DNA from: an uncultured Gammaproteobacteria bacterium
GTDB lineage: Bacteria; Patescibacteriota; Patescibacteriia; Magasanikbacterales; UBA922
DNA length: 64,000 bases
Assembly (NCBI GenBank): GCA_964435035.1
Contig: CAYSXR010000004.1
Location: forward strand, 676 to 64,675
Direction: 5' to 3'
This document shows, piece after piece, positions 58,005 through 64,000 of the stretch. Positions within the stretch are counted from its first letter, which is position 1. Every line of letters starts with the position of its first letter. Made by a program: the position numbers and the translations under genes. The notes below the pieces were generated by a model. The model saw nothing but the letters and a program-made list of their open reading frames with translations. It was not told the origin of the DNA and made no database searches.

Positions 58005-58547
58005 ATGATTATGAGCGATGAACAGCAGGGAACAATTAATAATGAGCAATTAATAAATAATCAACCGCAATCTGATGTTGAAAAGTTGACTCAAGAATGT
58101 GAGGAATACAAAACTGGTTGGCAGCGAGCGGTGGCAGATTATCAGAATTTGAAAAAAGAAATGGAATCCAATCGGCTTGATTTGTTCAATTGGAGTGAAG
58201 AGAAAATATTATCTGAGTTTATTCCGATTTATGATAATTTTAAAAAAGCGTTTGCACATCATCCAGAGCTTGATGGGGGAGATGAATTTCATAAGAAAGT
58301 GCAGAATTGGGTGAATGGAATTGGGTTCATTAAAAAACAATTTGAAGATGTGCTGAAAAATCATCAGGTTGAGGAGATTAAGGCTGAAGGAAAATTTGAC
58401 CCACAGTTTCATGAGGCAGTAACCGAAGAAGATAATGAACTGGAGCACGGATCGATTATACGAGAAGTCGAATCTGGATATACGATGAAAGGAAAAGTGA
58501 TCAAGGTGGCGAAAGTGGTTGTGTCTAAGGGTTCTATTTCAACATAA
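58005..58547 (+). CDS. grpE: Nucleotide exchange factor GrpE
   Basis: RAVADYQN, FDPQFHEAV, GYTMKGKVIKVAKVVV. Confidence 0.93.
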   Translation: MIMSDEQQGTINNEQLINNQPQSDVEKLTQECEEYKTGWQRAVADYQNLKKEMESNRLDLFNWSEEKILSEFIPIYDNFKKAFAHHPELDGGDEFHKKVQNWVNGIGFIKKQFEDVLKNHQVEEIKAEGKFDPQFHEAVTEEDNELEHGSIIREVESGYTMKGKVIKVAKVVVSKGSIST

Positions 58548-58617
58548 TAGAACACGGATGACACAGAATTGAACGGAATTAACATGTTTCAGATTCCGCC
58601 TCATCTGTGTTCCATTA
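58545..58617. repeat. Family B' element (ACACGGAT-type units)
   Basis: TAATAGAACACGGATG ACACAGAAT TGAACGGAAT ... ATTCCG CCTCATCTGTGTTCCATTA. Confidence 0.7.
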
Positions 58618-58676
58618 ATAATTTTTAAGCTCAATACATATCGAACGGTATGAGTTGAGCAATCGGAGAACAGCAT

Positions 58677-59123
58677 ATGTCTCTTACACGCTGGGTCCCT
58701 ATGGATCCGTTTGCTGAGATGGAAGAAATGATGCGCTCTCTTCCCTCTGTTACCAGTAATAATACACTTGCTCAACGCGGATTTGTTCCGGCAGTAGACA
58801 TCTATGAGACCAAAGAAGCGGTCGTCGTAGAATCTCAACTTCCAGGAATCAATCCTGAAGAAGTAGAGGTAAGTGTGGAAAATGGTGTACTTTTGATCAA
58901 AGGCGAGCACAAACGCGAACACGAGGTCGAGGAGAAGAATTATTACCGCAAAGAAGTTCGTAGTGGTATGTTCTATCGTCAGGTGCCACTTCCTACTGAG
59001 GTCGAGGAGAACAATGTGTCAGCAGAATTTGAAAATGGCATATTGAAAATTACGTGTCCAAAGGCGGAATCGGTAGAGAAGAAGAAAGTAAATGTGAAGA
59101 TTGTAAATAAGACTAAGAAATAA
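58677..59123 (+). CDS. Hsp20/alpha-crystallin small heat-shock protein
   Basis: PAVDIYET, LPGI, GMFYRQVPLP, AEFENGILKI. Confidence 0.93.
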   Translation: MSLTRWVPMDPFAEMEEMMRSLPSVTSNNTLAQRGFVPAVDIYETKEAVVVESQLPGINPEEVEVSVENGVLLIKGEHKREHEVEEKNYYRKEVRSGMFYRQVPLPTEVEENNVSAEFENGILKITCPKAESVEKKKVNVKIVNKTKK

Positions 59124-59303
59124 AAGTAATAATATTGTTTAAGGGTATTAATCATGAGGATTGATACTTGAGCCGCTCCATCTTGATCCAGTATCTCGTC
59201 TGTACAACTTGTACTTGAATCGAGGGGAGGGCTGAGGGAAAGGGTAAAAGTTAAAACGACAAAGTGAAAAAAATTTTAAATAAACTAATCACTAATTAAC
59301 TAA

Positions 59304-61241
<1,938 letters not shown>

Positions 61242-61248
61242 GTTTTCA

Positions 61249-61316
61249 AATAGAACGCGGATTTAACGGATAACACGGGTATACACGGATTAAATCCGTG
61301 TTATCCGTGTTCTATT
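61249..61316. repeat. Family B' element
   Basis: AATAGAACGCGGAT TTAACGGAT AACACGGGT ATACACGGATT-A-AATCCGTGTT ATCCGTGTTCTATT. Confidence 0.8.
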
Positions 61317-61372
61317 ATATTTATTGGAATTGGATGCTATACTTATATCTCACCTATATTTAACTCATACAT

Positions 61373-61960
61373 ATGACCAAACAAACACGAATTTTTTCTG
61401 TAGCTATAGTCTTGGTGGGAGTCGGTATTGCATATTGGCTTATTTCTCCATTATTTGTCGATAAAGTTGTAAATGAGGATATTCCGTTTGTGTCACAAAA
61501 TAGCAATATTGCAGAACAAATTCCGGATACGGAGATCAGAGGTGATTACGGAAGTGCAATGATGGAGATGCGTGACCAAGGAAAAGAAATGACTGACTCA
61601 ATGCCATCTAGTAACGAGCCAAAAGAGGTTGCAACTGGTACATTCGTAGAAGTAGCTCATGAAGGATTCGGCGATGCAAAAATTATTGCTCTAGGTGAAA
61701 ATGAGTCGATACTTCGTTTAGAAAATCTTGATGTATTGAATGGTCCTGATTTGCGCGTGCTTCTTTCTCCAAGTACATATATTAAGGGTAAGTCTGATCT
61801 TGGAGATTATGTTGAATTAGGTGAATTGAAGGGTAATAAAGGGGACCAGAATTATGAAATTCCAGAGGGTGTTAATATTGCCAAATATAATAGTGTCGTT
61901 ATTTACTGCAAGCCGTTTGGTGTGGTTTTTAATGTGGCAAAGCTTGATCGAAGCAAATAG
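61373..61960 (+). CDS. Membrane-anchored DM13-domain protein
   Basis: WLISPLFVDKVVNE, GTF...HEGFG, NGPDLRVLL, LKGNKGDQNY, SVVIYCKPFGV.F. Confidence 0.85.
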   Translation: MTKQTRIFSVAIVLVGVGIAYWLISPLFVDKVVNEDIPFVSQNSNIAEQIPDTEIRGDYGSAMMEMRDQGKEMTDSMPSSNEPKEVATGTFVEVAHEGFGDAKIIALGENESILRLENLDVLNGPDLRVLLSPSTYIKGKSDLGDYVELGELKGNKGDQNYEIPEGVNIAKYNSVVIYCKPFGVVFNVAKLDRSK

Positions 61961-61969
61961 TTTTCAATT

Positions 61970-63079
61970 ATGTCATCAAAAGATTATTATAAAATTCTCG
62001 GAGTAGAAAAAAATGTATCGGCTGAAGATTTGAAAAAAGCATTTCGTAAGCTTGCACATAAGTATCATCCGGATAAACAAGGTGGAGATGAGGCAAAGTT
62101 CAAAGAAGTGAACGAGGCTTTTCAGGTACTCGGAGACGAGACCAAGCGAAAACAATATGATCAATTTGGTGCTGATTTCAATCAGCAGGGTGGATTTGGC
62201 GGTGGCATGAGCTGGGACGATTTTATGCGGGCTAGTCGTGGTCAGGGTGGAGCCCAGGGAGGGTTTAGTGGTAATTTTGGTGGGTTTGATTTTGGAGATA
62301 TTTTTGGTGACATGTTTGGAATGGGTGGAAATAGAGGGGGTGCACGTCAACGTCGTGGAAATGATATTCAGGTAGATATTGAAATTAGTTTCGAAGAAGC
62401 TGCATTCGGAGTGGATCGAGAAATCAAATTAACAAAAAATAATGCGTGTGACGTTTGTAGTGGATCAGGTGCTGAGCCTGGAAGTTCATTACATACCTGC
62501 GAAGAATGTAAAGGCGCTGGACAAGTAAGACGAGTGCAACAGACTATACTTGGTGCTATGCAGACAGCGGTAACTTGTCCCAAATGTAGTGGTGTGGGAA
62601 AATTTCCTGAAAAACGATGTAAACATTGTGGGGGAGATGGAGTACTCCGATCTGAATCAAAATATACGGTAAAAATTCCTGCGGGAATTTCTGAGGGTGA
62701 GGCTGTTCGATTGGCGGGAAAAGGTGAAAGTGGTGGGGCGGGAGTAGTGCCAGGTGATTTGTATATTCGTGTGCATGTCCGTGAACACAAAGGTTGGGAA
62801 CGGGATCAATACGATATTCATAGTGAAATTATAATCAATTATCCTCAGGCGGTTCTAGGAGATACTGTTCCTGTCGATACTCTTGATGGGGAGAAGAAAA
62901 TTGCAGTGCCTGAGGGTGTACAAGCAGGGCAGGTAATTCGTCTGAAGGGTTTGGGAGTTCCGCGTTTGCATGGTACAGGGAGAGGGGATCATTATGTACA
63001 TGTAAAACTTGATGTACCCAAGAAAGTTTCGAAGGCTGCGAAGAAGTTGATTGAAGAGTTGAAGAGTGAATTAGAGTAA
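61970..63079 (+). CDS. dnaJ: Chaperone DnaJ
   Basis: J-domain HPD, G/F region, four CxxCxGxG repeats. Confidence 0.97.
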   Translation: MSSKDYYKILGVEKNVSAEDLKKAFRKLAHKYHPDKQGGDEAKFKEVNEAFQVLGDETKRKQYDQFGADFNQQGGFGGGMSWDDFMRASRGQGGAQGGFSGNFGGFDFGDIFGDMFGMGGNRGGARQRRGNDIQVDIEISFEEAAFGVDREIKLTKNNACDVCSGSGAEPGSSLHTCEECKGAGQVRRVQQTILGAMQTAVTCPKCSGVGKFPEKRCKHCGGDGVLRSESKYTVKIPAGISEGEAVRLAGKGESGGAGVVPGDLYIRVHVREHKGWERDQYDIHSEIIINYPQAVLGDTVPVDTLDGEKKIAVPEGVQAGQVIRLKGLGVPRLHGTGRGDHYVHVKLDVPKKVSKAAKKLIEELKSELE

Positions 63080-63080
63080 T

Positions 63081-63108
63081 AAAAAATCACCCTTATCGGG
63101 TGATTTTT
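63081..63108. terminator. Bidirectional terminator
   Basis: AAAAATCACCC-TTATC-GGGTGATTTTT between convergent genes. Confidence 0.8.
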
Positions 63109-63111
63109 GTT

Positions 63112-63552
63112 TTACACAATAACTAGGTGTGTTTGTAGTTCTTCTACATCATCTTCTAATCTTTCTATTCGTCCTTCGTGTCTCAAGAGTGCGTGGTTAG
63201 TTGCTGCCATCTCCTCAGTCATTTTCTTGAGTACTCCTGTTATCTCATCCTGTACTGTGAGAATAGTGTTTAAATTTTCTGGGATGTCCTTTATCTTTTC
63301 TTTGATGTCTGACACGTCGGTTTGAAGATTAAGGATTGAGGTTGCCATTCTGTCAGCTGTACTAGACAGTGTATCTACTCTTCCTGATAGGGTGTCCACT
63401 GTTCCAGAGAGTGTGTTGACCGTCCCAGTCAATTGATCCACTGTCCCTGTTAACGTATCAACTACTCCAACTGTCTTATTTACTGTTTCCTTAATTTCAG
63501 AAACATCTGTTTGAAGCTGGGTTATTGGCTCAGCTATTTTATCTTCCTCCAT
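63112..63552 (-). CDS. Heptad-repeat coiled-coil protein
   Basis: VDTLTGT VDQLTGT VNTLSGT VDTLSGR VDTLSST, with a strong AAGGAGG SD. Confidence 0.7.
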   Translation of the reverse strand: MEEDKIAEPITQLQTDVSEIKETVNKTVGVVDTLTGTVDQLTGTVNTLSGTVDTLSGRVDTLSSTADRMATSILNLQTDVSDIKEKIKDIPENLNTILTVQDEITGVLKKMTEEMAATNHALLRHEGRIERLEDDVEELQTHLVIV

Positions 63553-63611
63553 ATAATTCCTCCTTAAGAATAATATATGTATGGTATCTTAATCTGCGAA
63601 ACATTGTCAAT

Positions 63612-64000
63612 TTAGTACGCTTTGCCATCAAGTACGCGATTTACTTCTGCATCGGCTTCTTTATTTTTATGTCTGAGCACGTGTGAAATTCTTACTCGTT
63701 TGAATTTTTGAAGTAAATTCCACGCCTCGATGAACAGTTTTTGGAGTGTTGGTTCTTTCACTTTCCATCGTCTGTTTAGTTGCTCTACGACGAGTTTACT
63801 ATCAGCAACACAGTCTATTTCGTCTGCTCCTAGTTCTAGAGCTTTTTTGAGTCCAGAAATAATTGCCATGTATTCGGCATAATTGTTTGTCTGTTTGCCG
63901 AGATAGTCACCGAATGCACTTACTTTTTTTCCTGTATCATCTTTGATGACGACGCCTGTTGCTGCGGGTCCTGGATTGCCGCGCGCTCCGCCGTCGGTAT
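63612..64000 (-). CDS. rnhA: Ribonuclease HI (5' end beyond the window)
   Basis: Minus strand reads TDGGARGNPGPAA...TNNYAEY...DSKLVVEQ...NKEAD. Confidence 0.9.
   Translation of the reverse strand, partial: TDGGARGNPGPAATGVVIKDDTGKKVSAFGDYLGKQTNNYAEYMAIISGLKKALELGADEIDCVADSKLVVEQLNRRWKVKEPTLQKLFIEAWNLLQKFKRVRISHVLRHKNKEADAEVNRVLDGKAY

Noticed and set aside
58629-58676. RNA thermometer upstream of hsp20
   Set aside because: The hairpin GCTCAA...TTGAGC does not sequester the GGAG or the ATG.
59222-59247. G-rich tract GAGGGGAGGGCTGAGGGAAGGGT (G-quadruplex or REP half-site)
   Set aside because: Single copy with no complementary arm in the window, so support is insufficient.

Overview
Mostly an AT-rich (about 35-40% GC by eye), gene-dense bacterial chromosome segment using genetic code 11. 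Its gene content, such as a giant FN3 surface protein, a DUF4012 protein, a short TsaB, an alpha2-type GlyRS and largely SD-less starts, suggests a Patescibacteria/CPR (Parcubacteria-like) genome; this is an inference. The first ~4.1 kb is a GC-rich (about 60%) foreign segment encoding a Hachiman-like nuclease plus Ski2-type helicase defence pair. It is followed by rplJL (with an L10 leader), mreB, holB, frr, two MacB-type ABC systems, a 2168-aa surface protein, glyQS, tpiA, five tRNAs, rpmG, typA, a DEAD-box helicase, uppP, cca, yidC, an hrcA-grpE-hsp20-dnaK-DM13-dnaJ operon with a variant CIRCE, and a partial rnhA. The most interesting signals are non-coding. (1) There is an apparently minimal glycine T-box riboswitch with an ultra-short Stem I upstream of glyQS. 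(2) About 20 intergenic elements are built from 7-, 8-, 9- and ~10-bp tandem units, mostly in inverted arrangement; they fall into several families, sit at gene junctions and look like empty cassettes, and one pair brackets a cca gene lodged inside an efflux operon. (3) A tRNA-Val 5' duplicate is interrupted by a GC palindrome. (4) Terminator/promoter hybrid modules recur, one of them duplicated around an orphan gene. All calls were made by eye; no searches or folding programs were run.
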